Source of the DNA: Eledone cirrhosa
Taxonomy: Eukaryota
Direction: 5' to 3'
Assembly (NCBI GenBank): GCA_964016885.1
Contig: OZ024750.1
Coordinates: forward strand, 47,182,001 to 47,246,000
Length of the DNA stretch: 64,000 nt
A program made the translations under genes and the position numbers. This document shows positions 14,594 to 28,262 of the stretch, one piece after another (the first letter of the stretch is position 1; the number at the start of each line of letters is the position of its first letter). The notes under the pieces are model-generated. The model saw only the letters and a list, made by a program, of their open reading frames with translations. It had not been told where the DNA came from and did no database searches.

Positions 14594-14640
<47 letters not shown>

Positions 14641-14671
14641 AAAAGTGTAATTTTCACAAAACGAAGGTTAT

Positions 14672-15048
14672 AGAGAAAATTGAGGTTGGTAATGGCACAT
14701 AGAATATATAAGAGACAGAATACTTTTTTGTGAAAAAACATATAATTTTATAAGGTAAGGAAATAATAAAGGGTATAAAAAATGACCGGTTTCGATGGGT
14801 CTGCAAAAGCCTTTTTTTCAAATATTGATTAATATTAAGAAAAATTAAGAAAAAATTAATAATAAGAAGAGTATTATTAATTTTTCTTAATATTAATCAA
14901 CATTTGAAAAGATCGCTTTTGCAGACTCATCGAAACCGGTCATTTGTTATACCCTTTATTATTTCCTTACCTTATAAAATTATATGTTTTTTCACAAAAA
15001 AGTATTCTGTCTCTTATATATTCCGTGTGCCATTACCAACCTCAATTT

Positions 15049-15053
<5 letters not shown>
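14672..15053. repeat. Long imperfect hairpin (~190-bp arms, few-bp spacer) between (TA)n tracts
   Basis: 14672-14864 is the reverse complement of 14872-15053; each arm carries GAAACCGGTC, a decayed HHR 3' half. Confidence 0.9.
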
Positions 15054-15095
<42 letters not shown>

Positions 15096-16998
15096 GAATG
15101 AAATAACAGGAGGCTGGAATGGTATAAATCCTTGAAAGGTTTATTATACTATGATCATTTCAATGACCGTGTTCCATATGAATCCGGTGATATCATCAGG
15201 TATTCGAATATAACAAAGGAATATGTAAAAACCATGGGTCCGAAAAATCAGAGACAAAGACAAAGAGGACAATTGACCAACTAGCTTCTCGGCCAGTCGC
15301 CCTCAAAGTGGTGGCAACTGAATCTACTAATGAATATCTGATGATGGGGCGAAGGCGTATAATGCACTACCACCCCACCGTCAAAGAAAAAGGGGAAGAA
15401 AGAAAGATAGGGAGAAAGAAGTCAGTGTAAGGGTCATATTACATTCATGCTAGAAAATGCGGCGAAAAAATGCTACTCCAACGAATCTATAATGGGTGTC
15501 TGTAGGGTCTAATGTGTGAACAGAAGATTGGACCGTTAAACTTATGTTGCGAGTTATAGGATGAAATTAAATTAAATTGCAAAATGATAAATTGAAAAAT
15601 AAGTTATTAGAGAATTAAAGATTAAGGTAGCGAGATTTATTCATTTAATGAACTTACGGAGAGTCTTATATGAAAAAAATTATCTCGATAAGATATTAGG
15701 ATCGGATATAGAGTAAACATTTCGATTGGGAGTCACAGCCAGCACCCACCATGAGTCGGCCAGTCTCGAGTGGTATCGTCCAGCGAAAGAAATGGAAATT
15801 AATTTTTCCGAGTACTCTAGGAACGTAACTACATTAAGCCCCGGGATCGCTAGCGGGAACTCCATAATTTCGGGAGGCTATCGTCTATACCAAACGAATA
15901 CTATTAAATCCCACATGAGGGGTTTATTTACGTGCCAGTAGAGGCATGATACAGCTAATAGTTATGGCTAAACCTGGTGTTTGTAGGTACAAGTATAATG
16001 TGGTGGTCAAAATAGGCGGCGCGGTGGGACCGGGGCAAAGCCACCCGTTCCTAGTAATTTCGTTTACCGATAGAGGAGAAATTTCTTTTTCCGAGCACTC
16101 AAGGAAGGCTGTACTTTCCGAGTGCCCAGCGCGCAGCCGGGAAAAAAGCCACCACATAAGTCGAAGGTAGCAACCCAATGAAAAGTGCAAATAAACCAAA
16201 ATTATTTTAAAGTCCCAGTTAGTCCGGGTTATAAGTAATGTGGTTCTTAGGTGGGTAGGGGGCTATGAAAGGTGCATAATGATCTGAGTGAGGAAAAGTT
16301 AGAAACAAAAAATAAAAGCAGCATACAAAGATAAAATACCAATATAAAGATAGAATACATTGATAAAAATACATTATTAAAATAATAAAACAATAATAAA
16401 ATAATAAAATAATAAAAACATATATATTAATGAAATAATAAAAAAATGAATAAAGGTATATTAAGAATCAATATAGATCAAGTTGTAGTAAGATAATACA
16501 AGTTGTACATATAGATATAGATATAGAGGATGGAGGAGATGGAATGGTAACAGGTTGTACCTAGTGTAAAGTTCGGGTCTCCGAATTTGGAGCGAGTCAC
16601 AAAATGTCCTGAGGTATAGAGTAGAGAATTCAATCAATACAATACATGTTTTAGTATAATACGTAGTCTTGTCGGAATCGGAATCGTTCCGACAAGGAAG
16701 TAGTATCATGTGGCGGTAGATAAGGCGCAGAGCAGCCAGAATCCGAATGGTAAGTAGATCAGTTAATCCCATGCTGGCAATAGCTGTACACTAAAGTCAG
16801 TACCGCTGTTCAATATTACAATTTGAAGTGCTCAACATTATAGGAGCATTATTTATTTAGGTTTGTTGGTTCACCACTGGATAGAACTGGTCATTCCGTA
16901 TGGTCAATCCTGGTGTAATATTGTGAAAAGTACTCAACGCAGTGCAGTTGACCCATCATCGTTTGTGTAGTTCATGGTGCGAATATGTAGTTAATTAT

Positions 16999-17117
<119 letters not shown>

Positions 17118-17160
17118 CATGTATATATATAAATATATATTGTTATGCTTTGGAAACGAA

Positions 17161-17199
<39 letters not shown>

Positions 17200-17224
17200 T
17201 ATATTGTTATGCTTTGGAAACGAG

Positions 17225-17296
<72 letters not shown>

Positions 17297-17620
17297 CATT
17301 ATCGGAGAAAGCTAATAGCGATACTCCGGCCAAATCCCAGCTCATTCAACAAACATTAGGAAATAAAAGATGATATTCCTAATTCAACGTTCAGGGTGCT
17401 AACTAATTGTATTGTGTGGAAAATTGGCTGTATTATTTCATATGAGATATATCAAATATATCTCTTCCCAGACGGACGTCTCGTTTCATCATAAGATTCT
17501 TACAAGTTGGGTGAAATTATACCAATTTATGTAGAAGCTTGTATAAGATCAACATAATTCTTCAGATAACCAAATAAACATCACTATTTAGCGATATATA
17601 TATAAATATATATATAAAAT

Positions 17621-17655
<35 letters not shown>

Positions 17656-17683
17656 AATATATATATATAAATATATATATATA

Positions 17684-17714
<31 letters not shown>

Positions 17715-17810
17715 TTATATAAATATATAAATATATACATATAAATATATACATATATAAATATATATATATAAATATATACATATATATATATAAATAT
17801 ATATATATAA

Positions 17811-17853
<43 letters not shown>

Positions 17854-18179
17854 TATATATATAAATATATATATATAAATTGAAACAAAATGAAAACGAA
17901 ATTTCATTTCTCACTCTTAGTATGGCACTTACTTAAATGTAAGTATGCATGTATACGTACATACATATATGTATACAGACGTACAGTAGCATGCACATAT
18001 ATATATATATATACACATATATATATACATATGCATACAGGTACACATACATATATGCACGTATCAGTTTAGCGGCGCTAACGTCGCTTTGTTCGTTTGT
18101 AAACAAACTGAACAGCCTGAATTTATGCCATACTGTGTTAAGGCAACCACGTCACCTTTTTGTTCAACACTGACACAGG

Positions 18180-18224
18180 AACGATGTACTAGTTTCAAGC
18201 TTGTTAGCTATCATCAGCACCGTT
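18180..18224 (-). ncRNA. Minimal type I HHR (466-bp family)
   Basis: Minus: aacggtg-CTGATGA-tagct(aaca)agctt-GAAA-ctag-TA-catcgtt; palindromic ACTAGT stem III, 7-bp stem I. Confidence 0.85.
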
Positions 18225-18644
18225 TACCCATCTGCCAGATAGTTGAACGTTCGAAAGTATATACTTTCCTTATGAAAATTAAGGCTGAGCAGCCTAATTT
18301 GCATATTGAGTGAGTTAAATCGGTCAGGCATACCGAAAACGATAAATTGAAACAAAATGAAAACGAAATTTCATTTCTCACTCTTAGTATGGCACTTACT
18401 TAAATGTAAGTATGCATGTATACGTACATACATATATGTATACAGACGTACAGTAGCATGCACATATATATATATATATACACATATATATACATATGCA
18501 TACAGGTACACATACATATATGCACGTATCAGTTTAGCGGCGCTAACGTCGCTTTGTTCGTTTGTAAACAAACTGAACAGCCTGAATTTATGCCATACGG
18601 TGTTAAGGCAACCACGTCACCTTTTTGTTCAACACTGACACAGG

Positions 18645-18690
18645 AACGATGTACTAGTTTCAAGCTTGTTAGCTATCCATCAGCACCGTT
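18645..18690 (-). ncRNA. HHR copy with 1-nt insertion in core (CTGATGGA)
   Basis: Same motif; plus strand reads tatCCatcag. Confidence 0.65.
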
Positions 18691-19427
18691 TACCCATCTG
18701 CCAGATAGTTGAACGTTCGAAAGTATATACTTTCCTTATGAAAATTAAGGCTGAGCAGCCTAATTTGCATATTGAGTGAGTTAAATCGGTCAGGCATACC
18801 GAAAACGATAAATTGAAACAAAATGAAAACGAAATTTCATGTCTCACTCTTAGTATGGCACTTACTTAAATGTAAGTATGCATGTATACGTACATACATA
18901 TATGTATACAGACGTACAGTAGCATGCACATATATATATATATATACACATATATATACATATGCATACAGGTACACATACATATATGCACGTATCAGTT
19001 TAGCGGCGCTAACGTCGCTTTGTTCGTTTGTAAACAAACTGTAAACAAACACCGTATGGCATAAATTCAGGCTGTTCAGTTTGTTTACAAACGAACAAAG
19101 CGACGTTAGCGCCGCTAAACTGATACGTGCATATATGTATGTGTACCTGTATGCATATGTATATATATGTGTATATATATATATATATGTGCATGCTACT
19201 GTACGTCTGTATACATATATGTATGTACGTATACATGCATACTTACATTTAAGTAAGTGCCATACTAAGAGTGAGAAATGAAATTTCGTTTTCATTTTGT
19301 TTCAATTTATCGTTTTCGGTATGCCTGACCGATTTAACTCACTCAATATGCAAATTAGGCTGCTCAGCCTTAATTTTCATAAGGAAAGTATATACTTTCG
19401 AACGTTCAACTATCTGGCAGATGGGTA

Positions 19428-19472
19428 AACGGTGCTGATGATAGATAACAAGCTTGAAACTAGTACATCGTT
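19428..19472 (+). ncRNA. Minimal type I HHR (466-bp family)
   Basis: aacggtg-CTGATGA-tagataacaagctt-GAAA-ctag-TA-catcgtt (one stem II mismatch). Confidence 0.8.
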
Positions 19473-19892
19473 CCTGTGTCAGTGTTGAACAAAAAGGTGA
19501 CGTGGTTGCCTTAACACCGTATGGCATAAATTCAGGCTGTTCAGTTTGTTTACAAACGAACAAAGCGACGTTAGCGCCGCTAAACTGATACGTGCATATA
19601 TGTATGTGTACCTGTATGCATATGTATATATATGTGTATATATATATATATATGTGCATGCTACTGTACGTCTGTATACATATATGTATGTACGTATACA
19701 TGCATACTTACATTTAAGTAAGTGCCATACTAAGAGTGAGAAATGAAATTTCGTTTTCATTTTGTTTCAATTTATCGTTTTCGGTATGCCTGACCGATTT
19801 AACTCACTCAATATGCAAATTAGGCTGCTCAGCCTTAATTTTCATAAGGAAAGTATATACTTTCGAACGTTCAACTATCTGGCAGATGGGTA

Positions 19893-19937
19893 AACGGTGC
19901 TGATGATAGCTAACAAGCTTGAAACTAGTACATCGTT
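19893..19937 (+). ncRNA. Minimal type I HHR (466-bp family)
   Basis: aacggtg-CTGATGA-tagctaacaagctt-GAAA-ctag-TA-catcgtt. Confidence 0.85.
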
Positions 19938-20234
19938 CCTGTGTCAGTGTTGAACAAAAAGGTGACGTGGTTGCCTTAACACCGTATGGCATAAATTCAG
20001 GCTGTTCAGTTTGTTTACAAACGAACAAAGCGACGTTAGCGCCGCTAAACTGATACGTGCATATATGTATGTGTACCTGTATGCATATGTATATATATGT
20101 GCATGCTACTGTACGTCTGTATACATATATGTATGTACGTATACATGCATACTTACATTTAAATATATATATAAATATATATATATATAAATATATATAT
20201 ATAAATATATATATATAAATATATATATATAAAT

Positions 20235-20265
<31 letters not shown>

Positions 20266-20285
20266 AATATATATATATAAATATA

Positions 20286-20317
<32 letters not shown>

Positions 20318-20445
20318 AATATATATAAATAAATACATATATATATAAATATATATATATATAAACATATATATAAATATATATATATATAGATATATAG
20401 ATATATAAATATATATATACAAATATATATATATAAATATATATA

Positions 20446-20489
<44 letters not shown>

Positions 20490-20529
20490 GGAACGAGTAT
20501 GAGCCCGACGGCTGAGCTCAAGCCGTTTC

Positions 20530-20577
<48 letters not shown>

Positions 20578-20597
20578 AATATATATATATATAACCA

Positions 20598-20712
20598 AAT
20601 CTACTTTAGGCACAAGGCCAGCAATTACCCAGTGCAGTACTGGTACTTTATTTTATCGACCCCGTAAGGATGAAAGGCAAAGTCAACCTCGGCGGGATTT
20701 GAACTCAGATCG
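20598..20712 (-). mobile_element. SINE 3' part
   Basis: Reverse complement of SINE B-box to 3' end. Confidence 0.85.
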
Positions 20713-20830
20713 TTATATATATAGTTTGCGAGGTTTTAAAGACACAGAAGCGAAAACCAACCAAACAGTGAGTGTGTTCTGTTATTAATTCTGGCAATAT
20801 TATTACACAAATATGACCCTCCCCAAGCAT

Positions 20831-20924
<94 letters not shown>

Positions 20925-23331
20925 CTATTTCTAAAAGTGTACACGTTATATTAGTTTTGCAGGGGAGACAGGATTGTTTCAACTTAATTCTGCAATGCGA
21001 AACCAAACACTGGAAAACTGCTTTTAATTTGCAACTCCCTTTTATAGTTTATGCGCTATACTAGTTCCTATAATTTCCTGATAGATAACTAATTGAAAAA
21101 GAATTGATAACCCAGTGTGTTTTTCCCCATTTTCCATCGTACAGTTGACCTGTTTTATCGATTAGACAGTTATTGACAAAACATTTAGATCCTGTCTGTG
21201 TTTAGATGCCAATTTCATTATGTTGTTCTATCTAAACGTATTGATTGTTAAATAAATATATAAAAACCTAAAATCATAAATAGATAAATAAGCAATATAA
21301 CATACTAGATTGAAACGGGGATGGAGAGATTTTAGCTATTTACTGTTAGGATGAAATTAAAGGTTTTTGATAAGCAGATAAGCCAAGTCAGTATTTGCTG
21401 ATTCAGATATACATTGTTCAAAATCTTAAAAAAAACATGCTAACTTTCGCAAAAAGTTCATAAATCTGAAGAAATTGTAAAATTTGAAGCATTTACATAC
21501 GATTTTAAAAAGAATACAGTTGTTTGTATGTTACTCTCACCGAGTTCACGAAATATGAAATTCACGTATCCTACTAATGATTTGAATGAGACCGTAATTT
21601 CCCGAGTCTGAGTCGGATTACATTATTTCAAACGTTGACATCAAAGTCGGTGTACAGTCTATATAACGAAGTTATGAATGCAATATTATACATATATTAG
21701 ACAGACGACCAATAGCGAAGGTATGAGTACAATCTACATATGCCCTACAGACAATGTGTACGTTCAGCTATATATTATCTTTTTTCTCACCGTTTTTCTT
21801 TTCCGAAATTTACGATAATTAATTTAGTCTGGTTAGAGTCTTTCCTCGTTTTCTGATAAGGTAATATTAATTCACGCGAATCTTTTTCAATTTCTAACAT
21901 TGCACTTTAAGGATCAAATTAAAAAGCAATTTCTGATACTGTTAAGCATTGATTAAATATAACTTCAAAGAAATAAATATCACCTAAATCCGGTAAATTC
22001 ACAGACATTTTGACACAGTAGAACACATTATTGTAATTTTCAGTGATTTGCATATGGATTGCAATCATTTCGTTGTATATAATGTGTATAGCAATTAAAA
22101 TAATGGGTGACGCATTTCACACTGTAATACACTAATATTGTTACACTGAAATCAGATTGAAGATGTAGCTATGTAATGTATGGTTGAAATAAAAACTAAT
22201 TTCTGCTGTTATATTTGGATCGTCCGGTTGCATACGCAACAATAAAGGATTAAGTCAACTGCACTATTCCAAATAGTTCATTAACTCATTGTTAAAAGTA
22301 CTATAAATTATTTGTCGAGTTTATATGAAACGATTCCAAAGGGATCTGCTTCCGAATCACACGAAGAATCGGAGATTCATAGTCGTGATATTGATACGAT
22401 TACAATACTAGGTTAGATTGTTTACACCATTTGGGATCAGGCAATATTCTTTCCTCGCTATATGTTAACAGATTGAAAACTGAATGGAATATTGTCGTGC
22501 ATGCCGTTCTGGTATATTATTTTGTATTCTCTCTGATATCACATATCAATATAAGTAATAAACCCAACTAAGTATGTGCAAAAAAACATTTCGCAATTGG
22601 GTTCATGCTATATTCATGTGGCGTCATACTTGCTGCTATATCATTAATATTTTTGATCTGGAGCAGTGGAGAGTACATCGCAATATTAAGAGCAGAGTTA
22701 TACACTGGAATATGTTATATATTCATAACAATAATCTTTCCTTTTTCGAACCAATATCCTCAGGAAAAGCATTATTCGGCACTGATATTTCAGTAAGATC
22801 ATAGCAGACCAATATCAATAGGTGATTTCATCTATATTGCATTAATGATTAAAATAAGCTCATACTAAATCAAGTAAAACCTCTCATATTCTCCATAGAA
22901 GTATCGACATATAGATATTGAGTATTTTGAAAGAGAAAGAAAAGTGACTGAGAATAATTTGATTAACTCTATGGAAGTTATTTTAGCTTCTCTTGTAAGG
23001 AAACATTTCAACAATTAGGATGTATTAGCTGCAATAATAAATCGAGATAAATTAAACTAGGAAAACTCTCATATCGATATCCTATATTAGCTGCATCGAC
23101 CATATTCTGAAACCTAATAAGGGAAACATGTTCGTATGTAATTATCTTTGACTGTCGCAACAGATTGCTGCAATTCAATGTTGCACTTTTATTGTATTCA
23201 AAGAACGAATAGAATGTCCAAGAGAAAGTGTTCCGTATGTAACATTCGGTGTACATTTAGCATTACAGAATTAAGCGATCTCGAATTAATGTCCACACAA
23301 TGCCTATACACATGCTCATCCAGACAAAGAA

Positions 23332-23427
<96 letters not shown>

Positions 23428-23856
23428 TGTATATATGATAGGGATAAACACTGATACAAGTATACATGTGTTCGCATTGCAAATGACCAAGTTAGCTGGA
23501 TTGAAAAATACTAATTAAAATAATACGGTTTGCCTGTCTCGATTTAAAATAATAAATCAATAAAAACAAACCTATATTGGTAATAGCCGTGATACCTGGA
23601 CAAGTTTTAAATTTTAAATTTCAAATTTGTTTCGCAACAATTAAGTGAACATTCCTATTATTGTGCTCTTCTGCAGGTATCCAGAAATTGGTAAGTTTCA
23701 CTTCAAAATACTGAAGAAGACTGAGAGAAATGTGTTGTTGAAAGCACATGTGTCACAGCGCCTAGCACGTCCCATACTCGTGCCGCTAAAAATAGCAGCC
23801 TGCTTTATGGGACTAAAAATTAGCGAAGACTATTTGAGTTTATAACTCTATACATA

Positions 23857-23986
<130 letters not shown>

Positions 23987-24183
23987 ATGTGTGTTATAAT
24001 AAATGCGAATTCCTGGCACTCTATGTGCCCGCATATAACACACTTGCTGCTGTTGATGTCAGAAAGGGTATATTCCATATCAATTTTGGTTAAATTCAAG
24101 CACCAACTTATATAGTATAGTTTATGTTCAAACTACTACTGCGAGGAAAATGCCTTAACCATCATAAGTAATGCACCGCATTG

Positions 24184-24258
<75 letters not shown>

Positions 24259-24402
24259 ATCTATCTCTCTATCACACACACACACACACACATACACATA
24301 CAGACAAACACACACACATGAATGCACACACATACACACACATATATACATACATACATATATACATATATATATATGTAATCAGAGTTTTTCTAATATT
24401 AA

Positions 24403-24538
24403 TAATTGTTTCTACTTTAGGCACAAGGCCAGAAATTACCCAGTACATTACTGGTACTTTATTTTATCGACCCTGTAAGGATGAAAGGCAAAGTTAACCT
24501 CGGCGGGATTTGAACTCATATCGTAAAGGGACGTAACT
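24403..24538 (-). mobile_element. SINE 3' part, truncated at the MITE
   Basis: Reverse complement of SINE family. Confidence 0.85.
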
Positions 24539-24722
24539 AACATTCGATTCGCTTGCAATTATGCAAACAAGCCCATTTTTAAAGTCATGTCAGTAGAATG
24601 AACCCTTCATTCTTGCCCATGTGTTTAGATGCCAACACATGAGCAAGAATGAAGGGATCATTCTACAGATATGGCTTTAAAAATGAGGCTTGTTTGCATG
24701 ATTGCAAACGAATCGAATGTTA
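24538..24722. mobile_element. Fold-back MITE-like palindrome bounded by TA
   Basis: TA-acattcgattcgcttgcaattatgcaaacaagcc...ggcttgtttgcatgattgcaaacgaatcgaatgt-TA; ~88-bp arms with a short loop. Confidence 0.75.
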
Positions 24723-24784
24723 TTATTAATATTCGCAAATCTTAGATTACATTTATTGTATTCAGCCTTGTAGAGCGAACAAAT

Positions 24785-24872
<88 letters not shown>

Positions 24873-25534
24873 GCACATATGATAGAAGTCTGGAAATCCG
24901 TTGATTGAGTTAGGGTAATATATATTTTTAAAATGGTGAAATTGTATTTTCTAATGGTTGATATACTATATTGACCAAATGGTTTATAATGTTTATTTTA
25001 GTAATTCTTGAAATCTATTGATCAGGCGGTGTAAACGCGTTTCTGGTATTTGAGCGATTTTCAATCTTGTTCATAACACCTTACGTTTGTTATTAATACA
25101 GGAGTGGCTAAGTATGGGATATGTTGGTGATTTGGTATGAATGTGTAGAAAGAAATGTGCAAGCCAAACTCTGTCATTTGTTACACATTTTGAGAAAAGA
25201 ATCGGGTGTTGTATGATTGTGAGTTGAGTATAGGAATGGACATGTGACATTCATATATATTGAATAATCAAATGCATTAGGGAAGAAATTGTTTTACACA
25301 GCAACCTATGCATTATTTTTTTAGAAAAAAAACAAACTTTTTTTCTTTTGCTTTGCCCGTTTGCATACATAAATATTCATGCACATATAGCTACACAACA
25401 TGGCTTTAATTTACTGGTTTATAAATAGTTCTTAACCTGGGAGTATGTACCATTTGTATCGCTCTCCCCATGATTGCGTCAATTCAAAAGTATAATATGA
25501 TATATATGTACATATATATTTCATATTCATCGAT

Positions 25535-25780
25535 CACTTATTCCATACAAGGACGTGGCCACATAGTCCTGAAACACTCCTTCTAACGGGTCATGTCAGA
25601 AGCAACGGTCTGCCACTGATCTGGCGAAATCGGCCGACCTCATCGATGTTATTCAAGTATCTTGCTCGGCATCTATCCCTGAGTCACCCTCCGTTTGATT
25701 TGCCCACACTATCGGAATTGTGATCTCTCAATTCTGAGAAGTAGCTGCTCTACCTGACGTGAATCTTTGATCTCAGAGAT
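25535..25780 (-). mobile_element. Degraded RTE-like LINE 3' end
   Basis: Minus-strand traces GQIKRR..RARYLN..DQWQTVASD resemble RTE C-terminus. Confidence 0.35.
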
Positions 25781-27691
25781 GTGCACTCTATCGAGTAACG
25801 TTACACCAATATCCTTATTTATTAAATGCCCACACATAATCCTACTGTACACAGTGTACTGAAGCCGACCAAACATAATAGTATTAAATATATGAATTGT
25901 GCTTTTATTTTACCCTTTTCATATGTGTATAAGCATTGACAGATACGAAACGCAGGCGCACATACATACATTCGCATAAAACCAGATGGATTAATGTATT
26001 TCTCTGTCTATAATGTATATATATATGTATATATGTGTGTGTGTGTGTGTATGTGTGTATATGTGTGTGTGTGGGGGGTGTCAGTGTGTATGCCTGTGTC
26101 AATGAGTGTCGATGTATGTACGGGGTGGTGGTACTGTCAATGATCGGTGGTTCCATGAATACCTGGTGTATCCCCCTGCCTTTATGTTAAGCAATCGTAC
26201 GGGAGAAGTGTTAATATCCACATTTATTCCCATGTCATTTACTGTCTTTTGGGATTCTTAATCAAATTATTTTGAGTCTTCCTATTGTGTGTCATAGTGA
26301 ATATATTTACATTCAGGTTATTTCAAATGTTCTGTTTAGAAGAATCGAAGTAAATACTACGGAATTGATAAACAGAGAGGGTTGTAATTTATTTTACGTC
26401 AGATTCATTTTATTATCACCAAATTCTATGTATACACCTATTGATATTTTCTCAGCATTATGTTATTGCTATTACAGTGACCACAATAGAAGCTAGTTCA
26501 AAGCAAGAATGTTATTTGAAATACCTTGTATTTAAAAGATTGGTTTCAACATGTTATTGAGCAAAGAATAATTAAGGTATGTTTTCGCTAGCTATCACGA
26601 TCCATTTTGCAGCTTGCCTTTCATGTATCTGCTTCCAATAGATATTCAAACAAAGCACAGCGAGTTTATATTCGATATAAAATACTAAACAACCAACAGC
26701 TATCTCGGAGAATTGCTTTCTTTTGTGTAATTCGACATACAACTTTATCTTTTATCTTACCTTCACTTTTTGTAATATTTCACCTTGGGAGTAACATATT
26801 GAATAGATCAAACAATACAAACAACAATTTAAACGAAAAGTAGTAGATAATTCAGCATCCAGTTTTGAAGATTACAACAAGAAAGCACATACAAATAATG
26901 GATAATTAGTTAAGAATAGTGATTGAGGATTACTAAAACAAAGATTGCTTGAAGGCATCGTAACTTTCAGTAGAAAATGATTAATTCGATATTTTCTATT
27001 GAAACAGCTTGTGTAAAAGAGAAATATTGAAAGCAAGTAAAAGATCTGTAGCGTTAAAATGTTCTTTCAATTGTTCAACTATATTCCTTTCCAGCGTGCG
27101 CTGGCCAAAGAATTTTACACGAAGTAGAAATCTACCCCGTGGGGAGCTGTGCTAATACCATTCATGCAAAGGACTATATGTGGTTGATGCAGCTAATGAC
27201 ACACAGTTATATAAGTTAGTCTTTGTATTGAAATTTCATGTGTTATTTGAAATTTTTAAAATGCATAATATGAATCAAATCTCAAAGAAAGCAAATTTGT
27301 ACATGATAATCATAAATATAAATTGCATTACAATTTTACCCAGTATATATTATGTCGTAGTTACCATAAATATTTGTTAGTAAAATGATATCTATAATAT
27401 TTCAATTAAGGATATAAAATCTATTGTTTATAAAACATCCTGCTGACAAATTACTATGTTGTGTTTCAAAGCTTCGGATAACAATACTCGCGTGTTGGTT
27501 AGACTTTAGAATCCATATTTATTGATAAACTGTTTCCATTGTGATATAAATACTGACAGAGATATTAACATTTTACATTATATTATATCTTTATTTCTAG
27601 ATACATATCTCAGTGTAATATATAATTACTGTTTCTATATTTAAAGCAGATAAATGATAAAAACAACGAAGCTAAATCGATATTTACTTAC

Positions 27692-27949
27692 CATCGTTAT
27701 CTTCATATAAAACTGCAAACTTTCTCCATCCCCAGTACCGGATGAGATCTAGGTAAGCTCTTCCCATGGTCTGGTAGTGGGGGTAAATATTGATGGCGAA
27801 AAAGCTTCTTACATTTACATCCCTCGAATCCCATTCTGTGTGTAAATTTGGAATTTGAAGTGATCCACATATTGATTGCACGTGAGCAGCAGACACGGTA
27901 GATATTGGCCCAAAAATGGCGGCAACACCTTTTTTAATTTGTTGACAAA
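27692..27949 (-). CDS. Internal exon of a kainate-type ionotropic glutamate receptor (amino-terminal LIVBP-like domain)
   Basis: CQQIKKGVAAIFGPISTVSAAHVQSICGSLQIPNLHTEWD..INIYPHYQTMGRAYLDLIRYWGWRKFAVLYEDNDG matches GluK ATD pattern GVAAIFGP..VQSIC..W..LYP..LDL..W..Y; acceptor tttccag (27951-27950), donor gtaagt (27691); 258 nt, phase 1/1. Confidence 0.93.
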
Positions 27950-28073
27950 CTGGAAATGAAAATGAAAACATTATAAAATAATTTTCTGTAACTCGGTTAA
28001 TCTGATATACAGAAGTAGAGGGAAAATATGACGTAAATATGTGTTTGGTAACATATGGTAATGAATATATATA

Positions 28074-28262
28074 AATAATTGTTTCTACCTTTGGCACAAG
28101 GCCAGCAATTATCCAGTGCATTAGTGGTTCTTTATTTTATCGACCCCGTAAGGATGAAAGGCAAAGTTAACCTCGGCGGGATTTGAACTCAGAATGTCAA
28201 GGGCCGTAACTTTATGCGTCAAAGCATGGCGTACGACCTTCTACCGACATTGCCAATCCACT
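28074..28262 (-). mobile_element. SINE, near full length
   Basis: Reverse complement of family consensus. Confidence 0.88.

Larger units (their letters stand above)
17877..20161. mobile_element. Retrozyme-like tandem array, ~466-bp monomer, ~2.5 units + ~2.4 inverted units
   Basis: Unit starts at 17881/18348/18814; inversion at ~19041-19048; inverted units every 465 bp (19051/19516/19981); one HHR per full unit; flanked by (TA)n. Confidence 0.9.

Noticed and set aside
17470-17570. Hammerhead with 71-nt stem II (minus)
   Set aside because: Cleavage triplet lacks U (GAC) and stem I is weak; treated as a possible decayed relic only
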